The notes: generated from the letters alone by a model not told the origin. Shown: positions 39,088 through 51,939, numbered from the whole stretch's first letter. The stretch is 63,833 bases of DNA, filler included, from Octopus bimaculoides (GCF_001194135.2; 7 parts of 7 records of this genome joined end to end with filler, not necessarily neighbours in it), one strand, 5' to 3'. Made by a program: numbers and translations.

Positions 39088-39624
39088 ATACTTCCGTGCA
39101 CTGTTAATAAAAGTTTCCATTTTTATAGCACGCCGAACAAATCAGCCAATCTAAATTCATGCGAGTCATTGCATAGCTGAGAGACTTTACCAACTGGTTA
39201 CATCAAACTGGAAACTGAACTGCTTTAGTGAGGGACCAGTGATTTGTCGATGATGGTATGCAGTTATCCGATATATTTACTGGAGGGTCAACAATTGACC
39301 ATACATTCGGTAATACACGATAAGAAGAGACGCTGACACAGCCTGTCTTGCAATCAGTCAAGAAGTATTGACGCTCCGTCCATGACATTCTCAGAAATAT
39401 TTCAATACAGATAATTTACTTTGAGACGACCAACTGGAATTTGAACAGCGGAAGTTACTCATTTCCCTTCAAATGTTACCACATATTTGAAAACTGGAAA
39501 AGTTGTAATGATCTTACGCACTTTATCCATTTCACAAGGACTTTGCAATGGAAGTAAGCTCCAAGTCTCCAAACTTCCTGAAAACTGTGCTGAAGCATCG
39601 ATAAGTGGTGCCATTAAATGGATC

Positions 39625-39845
39625 TTTTATCTTTTATTTGTTCCAATCACTGGACTGCTACCGTGTTGGAGCACCTCCTTAGAGGGTTCTAGCCGAACAA
39701 ATCGACTATTTGATTTTCCTTTTTTTTTTTAGTCTTGCACTTATTCTATCGGTAACTTTTCTCAAACTGCTAAGTTACGGGAACATAACTGAACCAGCAG
39801 CGGTTGACAAGCGGTAAGACGGTCAGACATAAACACAAACATGCA
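39625..39845 (-). mobile_element. SINE family A, 3' half
   Basis: ttggagcacc...aacaaatcgac...cttattctatcgg...gctaagttacggg. Confidence 0.75.
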
Positions 39846-39876
39846 CATATAGGTACGCATATATGTGTGTTTGTGC

Positions 39877-39911
<35 letters not shown>

Positions 39912-40175
39912 AAACGCAGAGTAGATGGAACAGGGACAACTGAAGAAGGGTAATATTCTTTATGCTGCATGTCTCGTTTCTCTGTTTGGTTTTTTTTTTT
40001 CGTTGTTCGAAAAAAAAGTTCGTTTTCTGTCTTCGTATTATGTTTTCGTTTCTCATTGTGTTTAACGTTTTTTTTTTGTGATGTCCTGTACCCATACATC
40101 CATGTTTGTATACATGTAGATGTAGGTATGTACATATATGTATGGATATATGCATATATTTATATATAATTTATG

Positions 40176-40220
<45 letters not shown>

Positions 40221-40457
40221 ACAAATATTAATATTTCTAAGTCTCTCTAAAGGAGACTACGGAAGCGGTACTGGTTATTAATAATTATCGCCAAGCCAAC
40301 ATGGCAGTCCAAAAAATGGACACAGATTCGTGTGTCACATAGCTAGCTAGAGGCGATGGCCTCTTGGAGCTAATCAACGGCAGCATTCGTCCTATTCAGG
40401 CAGCATTCCTCCCCTCCCTCAGAATGTCTGCCCTTGTGGCAAAATTTGAAACCATTA

Positions 40458-40500
<43 letters not shown>

Positions 40501-40734
40501 AATACTTTATGATTTGACTTCATTTGTAATTTGTTTTATTTTAAAGATTTGTGTGTTTTATGTTCGATCTCAGAACAACATTAAAAATAAACAAACAGAA
40601 AAATATGAAGCCTATACTCGCATGTACACAACATATACAAACATTTAAAATCATGTTTGCAGACTTATAGACACTTCCAAGTAAACATACTTCTTCAGAC
40701 ACCAATATAATATAATATAATACAATATATATAT

Positions 40735-40766
<32 letters not shown>

Positions 40767-41230
40767 CGAGGCACACACAGAAAGAAGGAGGGAGAGAAAT
40801 ATGTAAGTATACATACATACATACAAACAAACATACAAGCGTAAATACATATATACATATGCATGCATGTGGGTGTTAGTATATGTATATATGCGTGTGT
40901 GTGTATATATAAAGGAAATTCAATAAGAATTCATGCGCATTCCATCGAGCACATCATTATCAATCGTTATGAGGTTTTATTCAAAAAAACTACTCACTAA
41001 ATATTCACATAAACTGTAGATTATTTGGAGCTATAGTATAAGTTTATCCTAAGAAAGAATAAATAGAAGAAGGAGATGTTTGGCAAATAGTGTAAAAGAA
41101 AAAATATGCTGTGTATCGGTGAGAACATTCTGGAAGAAAAAGAAAAAAACGAAAACAACATAAATATCGGTTGTATTTTAGTTACATTATTTATATTTGA
41201 CGGATATTTGTCCTCATCTTGTGTGTTGTT

Positions 41231-41276
41231 AACGCAACGTTTCAGCTGATATACCCTCCAGCCTTCATCAGGTGTC
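41231..41276 (-). ncRNA. Minimal type I hammerhead ribozyme motif (left arm)
   Basis: Minus strand GACAC-CTGATGA-A-GGCTG(gagggtatat)CAGCT-GAAAC-GTT-GCGTT. The core is intact, the base of stem II is G-U, and stem I has one mismatch. Confidence 0.65.
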
Positions 41277-41323
41277 TTGGGGAAATTTCGAACCTGAGTT
41301 CTCATTTCTAAGGTATTTTACGA

Positions 41324-41379
<56 letters not shown>

Positions 41380-41380
<1 letters not shown>

Positions 41381-41447
41381 GGCGTAGTGGTTAAGAAAGC
41401 GGGTTACTAACCCCAAGATTCTGAGTTCGATTCCAAGCAGTGATCTG
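41380..41447 (+). promoter_or_regulatory. tRNA-derived head with Pol III internal promoter
   Basis: A box TGGCGTAGTGG (41380-41390), B box AGTTCGATTCC (41424-41434), and anticodon-arm-like GGG-TTACTAA-CCC resembling tRNA-Ser(GCT). No acceptor stem. Confidence 0.8.
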
Positions 41448-41514
41448 AATAATAATAATAATAAACATCGTAAAATACCTTAGGAATGAGAACCCAGGTT
41501 CGAGTTTTCTCCAA

Positions 41515-41559
41515 GAAACCTGATGAAGGCTGGAGGGAAATCAGCCGAAACGTTGTGTT
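41515..41559 (+). ncRNA. Minimal type I hammerhead ribozyme motif (right arm)
   Basis: GAAAC-CTGATGA-A-GGCTG(gagggaaat)CAGCC-GAAAC-GTT-GTGTT. Intact core, perfect stem II, palindromic ACGT stem III, predicted cut after GUU at 41554, one stem I mismatch. Confidence 0.7.
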
Positions 41560-41899
41560 AACAACAAACAAGATGAGGACAAATATCCGTCAAATGTAAA
41601 TAATGTAAATAACGTAAATAATGTACATAATTCTGCATCTCTTAAATATAGAACTGCAATATCGGTTGTAGATCACTTGTGCTCCCATTTTGAGAAACTA
41701 GCCACAAAGCAAAAGATGACTGCATGAAGGATACGTCATCTGTAGAGTCACAGGGTGTAATGAAAGGACTTTGGCGAATCAAAACAATTCATTAATTACC
41801 TGATAAAATAAGAAATTACTTATGTTTCATTGACAGAATATTCTTCACAGAAACACACACACACACACACACACACTCATATATACGCATATGTATACT

Positions 41900-42115
41900 T
41901 TTATTCTTTTATGCTATTATTTGTTTTAGTTATTTGACTGCGGCCATGCTGGAGCACCGACTTGAAATGTTTTTGTCTCACAATTCAACTGCAGGTCTTA
42001 TTTTTAAGCGTAGTCCTTATTCTATCGGTCTCTTTACGGAACGGCTAAGTTATGGGACCGTAAACACACCAACACCGGTTAATGGAGGACAAACACAGAC
42101 ACAAAGACACACACA
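41900..42115 (-). mobile_element. SINE family A, 3' half
   Basis: tttgactgcggccatgctggagcaccg...ttattctatcggtctc. Confidence 0.85.
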
Positions 42116-42229
42116 TACGTACATTCATACATACATATATATATATATATACATACACATGTACATACACACACGCACACATACATACATACATACATAC
42201 ATACATACATACATACATACATACATGCA

Positions 42230-42361
42230 TACGAAGGAGAGTCAAAAATTATACGCACTCTTGTTTTTTCAATGTATTTACACAAAAGCAGGGGACAAAC
42301 AAGTACGTCATTTTTCTATATAATCTTTTCGACGCACTTGGTCCAACGGTCTACAAGCTTG
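42230..42361 (-). mobile_element. Mariner transposon 3' end fragment
   Basis: TA + cgaaggagagtcaaaaattatacgcac TIR-like end; the minus strand gives KLVDRWTKCVE...DYIEK*, like a mariner transposase C-terminus. Confidence 0.75.
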
Positions 42362-43197
42362 ATTAATATTTGCTGCAAATATGGTGGAAAGCGACTGGAT
42401 ACGGGCCTTAACACTCCCGAAATGCTTTAAAATGCGGTTTATCTGGCCCTGGCCCCGCATTCGGCAAGGAGTTGAAAACTTTTTTGGACCATGACACTCC
42501 ATGAACCCTATGTAATGCATGTGTAAAATTCCATTAAAATCAGTTGGATGGATCTCGAATTTTAATGATAGGACAAACACACAGACAGACACACACACAC
42601 AGAGAAAGAGAGAAAGATTGAGGGAATATGTATGTGTGCGTGCTTCTGTGTGTGTGTGTGTGTGTGTGTGCGTGGTTGAGTATAAATGATGATCGTGTGC
42701 AAAAAAGCTGCTCATACAGGCATTAGTTGACTGTTGATATTTATTATTCCTCTGGAACTTTCGACCGTTCATGGACGTCTGTTCGTCAGCTGACCCGACT
42801 AAACAATGCACAGCTGTGCTCTCCGGGCCACAAAACAATATAAATTCTGTTGTATTTACACAAGATTGGTATTTTCAATAGAATGTTCTACTGTTTGTAA
42901 TATTCATTAGCTTTAAAGGTGTGTTCCAGTATTTCAATTGTACATTTTGATATTTTCATCAAAGCAACCGTTTTTTCTTGTGCTTAGCATTGTGTCCAGT
43001 TGTGTTTGACGTCGTCGTCGTCGTCGTCGTCGCGGCTGTCATTGTCGTCCCCGTTGTTCATGTAGTGTTTGCCTGTTGGCTTTTTACTTTTTTAATGATG
43101 TCATATCTAATTGGATGGCAATAACTAGCGGACATTGTTTGCCAGCTGCTGATCATGTATGTAGTTGTTATAATAATCTTCCACAATAATATATTCT

Positions 43198-43358
43198 TTT
43201 CTACTCTAGACACAAAGCCCGAAATTTGGGGGGAGGGGACCAGTCGATTAGATCGATCCCAGTACGCAACTGGTACTTAATTTATCGTCCCTGAAATGAT
43301 GAAAGGTAAAGTCGACCTGGGCGGAATTTGAACTCAGAACATAAAGACAGACAAAATA
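43198..43358 (-). mobile_element. SINE family B, 5'-truncated
   Basis: ccagtcgattagatcgatcccagtacgcaactggtacttaatttatcg; similar to 9815-10004. Confidence 0.85.
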
Positions 43359-45780
43359 TATGTGTTTCGAGTTGCTTCGGCTGCAGAGTTTCCTTTTTTG
43401 TACTCATAAAGCATTATGTGCCTCAAATGCTCTTTGGATACTTCCATGTTAGAAAGGGTTTTAATCAAAGAAATTTTAATTCTATTATTCCGTAAAATAA
43501 TATCTAATTAGTTTAAATGTACACAAATGCATAAAAATAATTTTTAATTCCATTAGACATTCTAAAATACTATTAAATTTCATTCAATTTTTAAATAGGT
43601 AAAATCGGACAGAACTTATGGGATCACCTGATACATGAGTATGTACGCGTATGTATGTATGCATGTACTCATGTATGATTGCATATGTGTGTGTGTGTGT
43701 GTGCGTGTGTGTGTGTGCGTGCGTGCGTGCGTGTGCGTGTGTGTGATATCATTTTTATGCTTATGGTTTCTAACAATGAAACGAAGCTCCATCGCTACAT
43801 TTTAGATAACAACAACAGTGAACATGTAGATCAGGGGTTCAAAACTATTTTTATTCAAGGACCCCTTGGATTACTACTTTATTCTGGTGGACCTCCAAAA
43901 TATTGTGCATATCTCACTTGTTTCTCAAGGGTGAAGACACGAAGTGCAAACACGATAGCTGCCACTCAAACTGAAATGTTTATTGTTCATTCATTTACAG
44001 ACGGAAAACTCTTATTTATTATTGTTCATCTACAGCATCTCTATATTATTATCTGGGTCACTGCTTCTAGATCCTGGTTTATATATAAAGCTAAAATCAT
44101 CACCTCTTGTGATCTCAGATAACCTTTTACGACACCTATACATTCCTCGCATAGTCAAGCCTGTAATCATATTTTTTATACTTTAAAAAAAAATTTTTTT
44201 TATTTCAGAGAAGATCTCTACCATAAACCCGAGAGCCCATTTCACTTTATAGTACATCAATTTACTTTCATTTACGAATTACATTAGTTGTTTTTAACCT
44301 GTCGTGAATCGTCATTTATCTCTTTCAACTCTAGCTTGTAGTTCTTTTTCTGTTTTCTACGTTAGAAAGGATCGGTTCTCCTTCAGAACTGTATATCACT
44401 TCAGCGTTATGAATAAATAATACGAGTTCTTTACGTTTCCATAGAAGAATGTATCTATATAAAATGTAAGTATTTGGAGAAAGTTGTTTCTATGCGTTCA
44501 GGCGTCAAATAAAAGGCTATAAAGAGAAGTTGGCTCAACTAAGAGTCAAAACCTTATCGAGAGTTACCAACACAGCTTAGTGGAAACTCAATAATGTACA
44601 GCATTGATATTACAGTAAGATTTCCAAATTATGTCATGGTACGTTAGTCGATAATCTACATGTGAGTCACGAACTTAAGTCGAATCTGAACAGAGTTTAG
44701 GAATATTTAGACGTATACTTGATATCAGACAAAAGCGTACAATTAGAAACGCGAATGCTGACAGGTGATATTCTATTTAATTGCTGTCTAAATTTAATGT
44801 GTAACACAACATTTTAATAAAAGGCACCTAAGCAAAATGATTAAAATAAAGCCGTGTACACTTAGATTTAACACGTTCGTGTACACTCAAGAATTCATAT
44901 CCCACAGCCGATGAAGTATAGCGACACAGTAACACGTGTCTTACAGTCTGATGACGTCATTTATAATCCAGTTTAGTATGTTTTTACGCATATTGTCTAT
45001 AAGGATAACGGTTTTACCGAGACAGCGAAGGTTTCCACGTTTTAGTGAAACAAACATCTTCAATATAAAGTACATAGCATAATTTTATTCTTCGGTGTTA
45101 AGTCTGCCTTTAAATGGTTAATTAATCAATCAATTAACTAGTTAATTAATTCCAGCTTGACAAAGCTTTGCACATGCCAGCAAATTTATTATTTGCTCGT
45201 TATATATATACAAACAGCAATTCATGGGGTTTGAACGACGAAGTCGGGTGTTTGTTGCTGGCGAAGCGAAACAACACAAAACACGTATCCTACAGTTTAA
45301 TTGTTGTCATGCAGAGCCTATACATAGTGGTTTGTTTCTTTTTAATCGTGTTTAAACTCAAACAAAGCTAACAAGTCGAAGTTTCAGAAAATAAAAACAT
45401 TAACAAGAATTATCTTTGAAGTCATATTTTCCACCTCCATCTAAGAGCACTGTCAAGCCTCATTCTCTTGTGTAAGAACCTTTAAGAGAAGAGAACAGTC
45501 GGCACATTGCTCCAGTGCTAGGAGAACCAATTAGGAACCCAGTCCCTGATATAAAGGAAAATCTTCACAGCTCCCTTCAAGTTTGAGGTGCTTATCCTCC
45601 CAAGCAGCCTCTTTTCGTCCTGCCAAATTTTTTCAGAAGCCCTGCTTCTTTTCTTATTCGATCTTACCATTTAATCTCGGATTCTGTAAACCTTCTATCG
45701 GCTCCTATAGCTTTTAGCAGTGGTTTTGATGGAGTAAATATTGATTCTGTGTTTCATGATAAATTTAGGTTCAATAGGTA

Positions 45781-45827
<47 letters not shown>

Positions 45828-46764
45828 TCGAGTTTACTTTCTCTGTATGTGCAGATGGTTGTATATAGATTTTTGTGATTTAAATGCTTGGATCGATTTG
45901 TTTGACCAAACTCCTCAAGCAGTGCCCCAGCATGGCCGCAGTCCACTGTCATTCTGCGGGATATCGTAGTCATGTTGGAGTTTCGTTGTTGATCTGATAT
46001 TCAAGGCTGACTTCCGATCAAAAGTGATCCAGCTTGGCCATCAAGTGTTTTTTCTATGGATATTGTAATACATTATTGTTGAAAACAAAATATATATTTT
46101 TTTGCCAATACGTTAAAAATAAGGCAGCGTCCATCACCTTTTATAGGGTCTCCGAGGCGGTTGGGAAGGAGGGAATAGGGTACTCTTAAACCTTAAACCA
46201 GAAACCTAACCTTAAATACTTACACCAGACCGAATTCCTCTAAAGGCACCCGAGAGTCATGTGGTGCTGATGATATATAACCAGACGATGGGTTAAGTCT
46301 ACAATCCAAATATGCCACAACTGAATTTGAACTCGGAATTCAAAGGGTTTCGATTTACATGTTATTGCTGCAATGTAGCTGTTTAATGAGCAAATCTTTG
46401 GATCATAAATGGATTTCTAGTGAGATCCAAATCTAACAACACTACGCATGTGGTACAAGCAATACGTCATCGCATCGAGTATAGTATAGAGTTCTGGCAT
46501 GTTTCATCTCTTACACTGTTGAATCTGTTCTTAAAAGTATGTGCGCGCGTTACTTTTACAAAGGTATCCAGAGCGAAGCTGAGAAACGTGGACCTGCTCA
46601 GAACACGACATCTTCCTGCAGCGTTGATTTCACTTGGTGTACAAAGGAACACACTATATTGCAGTATACTGCACCGTACAGTATTTGAAATGATTCCAAT
46701 ATCTTCAGGCAAATAAAATATTTCTGTGTTTCAATATTTATTTTCAAAGTAGAGCAGCAGTGCA

Positions 46765-46960
46765 CAGAGTCGGTAGAATATCGGACGAAATGCCTTGTGG
46801 TGTTTATTCTGTCTTTTTGCCTTCTGAGCTCAATTTTCACCGACCTTAACTTTGCCTTTCATGCTTCCGAGATCGATAAATAAAATACCAGCCTGGTAGA
46901 ATCGTTAGAACTTCGGGCAGAATACATTGTGGCGTATTTTCCGGCACTTTGCCGTCTGAG
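46765..46960 (+). mobile_element. Two adjacent diverged SINE family B fragments
   Basis: cggacgaaatgcc...ctttgcctttcatgc...gataaataaaataccag, then a second head gtagaatcgttagaac. Confidence 0.6.
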
Positions 46961-48694
46961 CTCGAATCCCACCATGACCTAAATGTGTGGAACACGTATT
47001 GCATCGCCCACTTTAACACTTAAACCTGGTCCTTGTGGGTCTTTAGCGGAGTTCACTCTATTGCAAGCATTCAGATCAGGTGCTTTCCTCTCTTTATCGT
47101 CCATCTCAGGAACCATGTAAGCGGTTATAGATATTAATGCCTTTCTTCCTGACTAAGAAAAAAAAAAAAACCTTCTGAAACTAGTGGCTTCGATGCAATT
47201 GGTATTCAGATCTTATTTCCAGATTATCAACTTAATGGAGAAGTTGCTGGCAAAGCACGGACTAAGAGAGGAAGTTTCTGAGGGTGGCAGCTGAGTGAAG
47301 GAAGAATAATGTGCTTAATACGCAAAAATCTAGGGTTGGGGTACTTTAAGAATGGCAAATCGAAGAAGCAGACACATTAGTACTTTCATTGAAGAAGTTT
47401 GTTTTCTTGTGTCTGGAACCGTGTTGACGTGGGAGGTAACTGTGATAAATTATTGTTGCTGTTTGTCTTATTAATAATGATAAAGCTGTTATGTTATCAG
47501 TCTCTGAATTATTGATTATATGTGCTATCTCTACACCGTTCATTCAACATTCTTCGCTTTCTGTTCTATATTGATATATTACAGAAACCGAGCAGGTAAA
47601 AGAAAATGTCTCATAAAACCTGGGAGACGAGAACTGATATTTTGTTCCAGTTTCATTGCGCAAAGTGGATGGGAGACAAAATTCCATCCGGATAGAAAAC
47701 CAATTTATTATATTTTGAAATTTTTTCAGGGTTTGTTACCTATATACCAAGGTGATCTAAGGCTTTAGTTTTATAGAACATAATCCCCTACACAAAGAAA
47801 TACATACATATATAGACTCACGAACATATATTCATACATGCTTATATATACATGGCTATACATGCATATATATATATATAACCATATATATGTGTGTGTA
47901 TACATACATATATAGATATATATGCGTATATAAATATATACATATACATGTACGTATACATGCACTCATATATGTATTTATTCATACATATGTATACACA
48001 TACACATATATATATGTATATATATATATATGTAAATATATATATATATANNNNNNNNNNNNNNNNNNNNNNNNNNNNNNNNNNNNNNNNNNNNNNNNNN
48101 NNNNNNNNNNNNNNNNNNNNNNNNNNNNNNNNNNNNNNNNNNNNNNNNNNNNNNNNNNNNNNNNNNNNNNNNNNNNNNNNNNNNNNNNNNNNNNNNNNNN
48201 NNNNNNNNNNNNNNNNNNNNNNNNNNNNNNNNNNNNNNNNNNNNNNNNNNNNNNNNNNNNNNNNNNNNNNNNNNNNNNNNNNNNNNNNNNNNNNNNNNNN
48301 NNNNNNNNNNNNNNNNNNNNNNNNNNNNNNNNNNNNNNNNNNNNNNNNNNNNNNNNNNNNNNNNNNNNNNNNNNNNNNNNNNNNNNNNNNNNNNNNNNNN
48401 NNNNNNNNNNNNNNNNNNNNNNNNNNNNNNNNNNNNNNNNNNNNNNNNNNNNNNNNNNNNNNNNNNNNNNNNNNNNNNNNNNNNNNNNNNNNNNNNNNNN
48501 NNNNNNNNNNNNNNNNNNNNNNNNNNNNNNNNNNNNNNNNNNNNNNNNNNNNNNNNNNNNNNNNNNNNNNNNNNNNNNNNNNNNNNNNNNNNNNNNNNNN
48601 NNNNNNNNNNNNNNNNNNNNNNNNNNNNNNNNNNNNNNNNNNNNNNNNNNNNNNNNNNNNNNNNNNNNNNNNNNNNNNNNNNNNNNNNNNNNNN

Positions 48695-48723
<29 letters not shown>

Positions 48724-48725
<2 letters not shown>

Positions 48726-49113
48726 TTTTACATTTTCAGTAATTTGACTGCGGCCATGCTGTAGCACCGCTTTTAGTCGAACAAATCGACCCAAAGACTA
48801 GTACATATTCTATCGGTCTCTTGTGCCGAACCGCTAATTTACGGGGATGTAAACACACCAACATCGGTCGTCAAGCGATGGTGGGGGACAAATACAGATA
48901 CATAAACACATACATTCATATATGTATATATGTGTTTGTGTATATATATAGATACACAAACACATACATACATATGTATATATATATGAGGAGCTTCTTT
49001 TAGCTTCCCTCTACTATATCTACTCAGATGGATTTGAGCGCCCCGTGGCTATAGTAGAAGACAGTTGCCCAAGGTACCACGCAGTGCGACTGAACCTGGA
49101 ACCACCTAGCCAT
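48724..49113 (-). mobile_element. SINE family A, diverged, near full length
   Basis: Tail tttgactgcggccatgctg, TA/CA spacer, head gctatagtagaagacagttgcccaagg. Confidence 0.85.
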
Positions 49114-49680
49114 TCATAAGCATATACAGATAAGTATATATACATATATACATACATACATATATATACATATACGTGTGTGTTTGTAATATTAATCGTT
49201 CAATATATGTAGTGTTCATAAGCGTGTTAGACAAATAGAGACAGAGAGAGAGAGAAAGAGTATGACGTGTTAGTGTTTCTGTATGTGTCTGTGCACATGT
49301 CTGTGCGTTTGTGTATGTGTGTGTGTGTGTGTATGCATCTTTTTTTCGTGTGTGTGTGTGTGTGTGATTGTAGAGATTTAAACGTTTATTAAAAATAAAA
49401 TCATTTATATTCAGTTTACTTTAGAGGAAGCAAAAATATGATAAATTGATTTCAGTGATATAATATTGTTTACGTTTAAACTGCACATTTATTTTCTTAA
49501 ACTAAGTACAGCATACATTGTTTAATCTCTAGGCAATAAAATAGCAACACATATGCTTTTCGTTTTGACACTTATATAATACTTGGAATACGAGATGAAG
49601 AAAGTCTTTTCCCTTTCTCTCTCTCTCACTCACTTTATTTCTCTTTGTCCTTATGTCTGTGTATATGTGTGTGTATATAT

Positions 49681-49780
49681 NNNNNNNNNNNNNNNNNNNN
49701 NNNNNNNNNNNNNNNNNNNNNNNNTTAATTAATTAANNNNNNNNNNNNNNNNNNNNNNNNNNNNNNNNNNNNNNNNNNNN
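49681..49780. other. Artificial scaffold-join spacer
   Basis: 44N-TTAATTAATTAA-44N. Confidence 0.95.
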
Positions 49781-50165
49781 TACCAGTTACGTTGGACTGG
49801 GCATCCTATTAGAATGAAGGATATCAGGATTCATAAATAGATGGGGAACTTGTGAATGAAAAGAAACCCCGGCAGTAACTGAACCTGCGATTTAAGGACT
49901 GTGTGAAGTTCTCATTAAAGGCCTGTGATATGCAGGAGACTGACTGGGAGAGCAATTACTCTCATCGCCAAAGATGGAGGAAGCAGAATAAGGAAGGGTC
50001 GACACTTTTGAGAAAGCACATATTCTGCATGAAGAAATTACGCGTGTTGCTCGAAAGTGCACCGCTGTGTAGTGAATGGGGAAAGCTTGGTCTGTAATAT
50101 ATGCTTGTCAAGAGCAGGGCTCATTAGCCACCACCGGAACCGCAAATGCAAAATATAAGTTAGTC
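49781..50165 (+). pseudogene. RTE/BovB-like LINE 3' coding end, decayed
   Basis: QLRWTGHPIRMKDIRI...LRFKDCVKFSLKACDMQETDWES...RQRWRK resembles the RTE C-terminal LRWxGH...RFKD...W region. Confidence 0.8.
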
Positions 50166-50208
50166 CTAGACAACACAATGTTCCTGAAGTTCTAGCAATG
50201 GTCTTCCT

Positions 50209-50260
50209 CGCTCACGAACTGGCAGAAACGTTAGCACGCCGGGCGAAATGCTTAGCGGTA
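50209..50260 (+). mobile_element. SINE family B head running into a gap
   Basis: gaactggcagaaacgttagcacgccgggcgaaatgcttagcggta. Confidence 0.8.
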
Positions 50261-51897
50261 TNNNNNNNNNNNNNNNNNNNNNNNNNNNNNNNNNNNNNNN
50301 NNNNNNNNNNNNNNNNNNNNNNNNNNNNNNNNNNNNNNNNNNNNNNNNNNNNNNNNNNNNNNNNNNNNNNNNNNNNNNNNNNNNNNNNNNNNNNNNNNNN
50401 NNNNNNNNNNNNNNNNNNNNNNNNNNNNNNNNNNNNNNNNNNNNNNNNNNNNNNNNNNNNNNNNNNNNNNNNNNNNNNNNNNNNNNNNNNNNNNNNNNNN
50501 NNNNNNNNNNNNNNNNNNNNNNNNNNNNNNNNNNNNNNNNNNNNNNNNNNNNNNNNNNNNNNNNNNNNNNNNNNNNNNNNNNNNNNNNNNNNNNNNNNNN
50601 NNNNNNNNNNNNNNNNNNNNNNNNNNNNNNNNNNNNNNNNNNNNNNNNNNNNNNNNNNNNNNNNNNNNNNNNNNNNNNNNNNNNNNNNNNNNNNNNNNNN
50701 NNNNNNNNNNNNNNNNNNNNNNNNNNNNNNNNNNNNNNNNNNNNNNNNNNNNNNNNNNNNNNNNNNNNNNNNNNNNNNNNNNNNNNNNNNNNNNNNNNNN
50801 NNNNNNNNNNNNNNNNNNNNNNNNNNNNNNNNNNNNNNNNNNNNNNNNNNNNNNNNNNNNNNNNNNNNNNNNNNNNNNNNNNNNNNNNNNNNNNNNNNNN
50901 NNNNNNNNNNNNNNNNNNNNNNNNNNNNNNNNNNNNNNNNNNNNNNNNNNNNNNNNNNNNNNNNNNNNNNNNNNNNNNNNNNNAAAGGAAGAAACATATG
51001 TAGATATTAGTCAATATTTAAAATCATAAATATATGACATTTAAATCGATTTAGTTGACCATGTTTTATTTGAGAAAAATGTCTGCTTGAAAAGATATCC
51101 ATATTTATGTTCAGGTACTCTAGTCAAGTTCTACTAATTACTCATTTGGCTTCTAGAAATTACAACTAGTGTATGTCTTCGATTCTATCAACGATATGTT
51201 TCACTGGGAAACAAAAATTAAAAATTGCTGCAAGTTCCGGCCAAATTAATTGTTGCGTCANNNNNNNNNNCAAAAATTAAAAATTGCTGCAAGTTCCGGC
51301 CAAATTAATTGTTGCGTCAGGTGAAGTACAAAATGAATAACTCTTAGCTTTTTCTAGAGATGAGATAAAACTGAATTTTTTTGCGNNNNNNNNNNAAATG
51401 AAAGTAATCTTATGTTGCCCTAATGATCAACCTGAGAATATGTTTCTTTATAATTTACGTGTAATCTGTATATATAAATATTACATCTCGTTTCAGCTAC
51501 TTACCCCAGGCAANNNNNNNNNNNNNNNNNNNNNNNNNNNNNNNNNNNNNNNNNNNNNNNNNNNNNNNNNNNNNNNNNNNNNNNNNNNNNNNNNNNNNNN
51601 NNNNNNNNNNNNNNNNNNNNNNNNNNNNNNNNNNNNNNNNNNNNNNNNNNNNNNNNNNNNNNNNNNNNNNNNNNNNNNNNNNNNNNNNNNNNNNNNNATA
51701 ATGATTTCCAACATTCACATACATAAACTCAAATATATAGTTAAGTAGGCATCTGTCCTTGGTGGATATGTTATATTATTGAACCCAGAAGTATAAAAAT
51801 TAAAATAGAAATTTCAACACAAAACATAAAGAGATGTAATTCAATACAGAAATGAATTTTGTTTGGTGCCTTTGCCAATCGACAACATTATCAATGT

Positions 51898-51939
<42 letters not shown>

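Larger units (their letters stand above)
37600..39620 (+). pseudogene. Decayed Helitron Pif1-like helicase coding relic split by SINE insertions
   Basis: KTGKVVMILRTLSISQGLCNGSKLQVSKL (39487 ORF) resembles Helitron LKVGAPVMLLRNL..GLCNGTRL. Upstream CLAISQEVLTLRP...DDQL is weaker, and LHGG and GEAKMC (resembling DEAPM) near 37630-37740 are weak. Confidence 0.7.
41176..41657 (+). mobile_element. Fold-back non-autonomous retroelement: inverted arm + (TTA)n + tRNA head + (AAT)n + direct arm with hammerhead motif; Penelope pLTR-like
   Basis: 13-bp direct repeat aatatcggttgta at 41163-41175 and 41658-41670. Arms 41182-41327 and 41464-41609 are reverse complements with about 12 differences in ~146 bp by manual count. 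Confidence 0.8.

Noticed and set aside
41380-41447. Functional tRNA gene
   Set aside because: A and B boxes and an anticodon-like arm are present, but there is no acceptor stem pairing or complete cloverleaf; it is a SINE-type head.
43679-44122. 147-aa plus-strand ORF
   Set aside because: It starts in a TG microsatellite, crosses a hAT-MITE-like end (caggggttc...ggacccc), and shows no recognisable domain.
45248-45284. Hairpin enclosing CTGGCGAAGCGAAA, superficially hammerhead-like
   Set aside because: No stem II, no NUH site, and the wrong topology.
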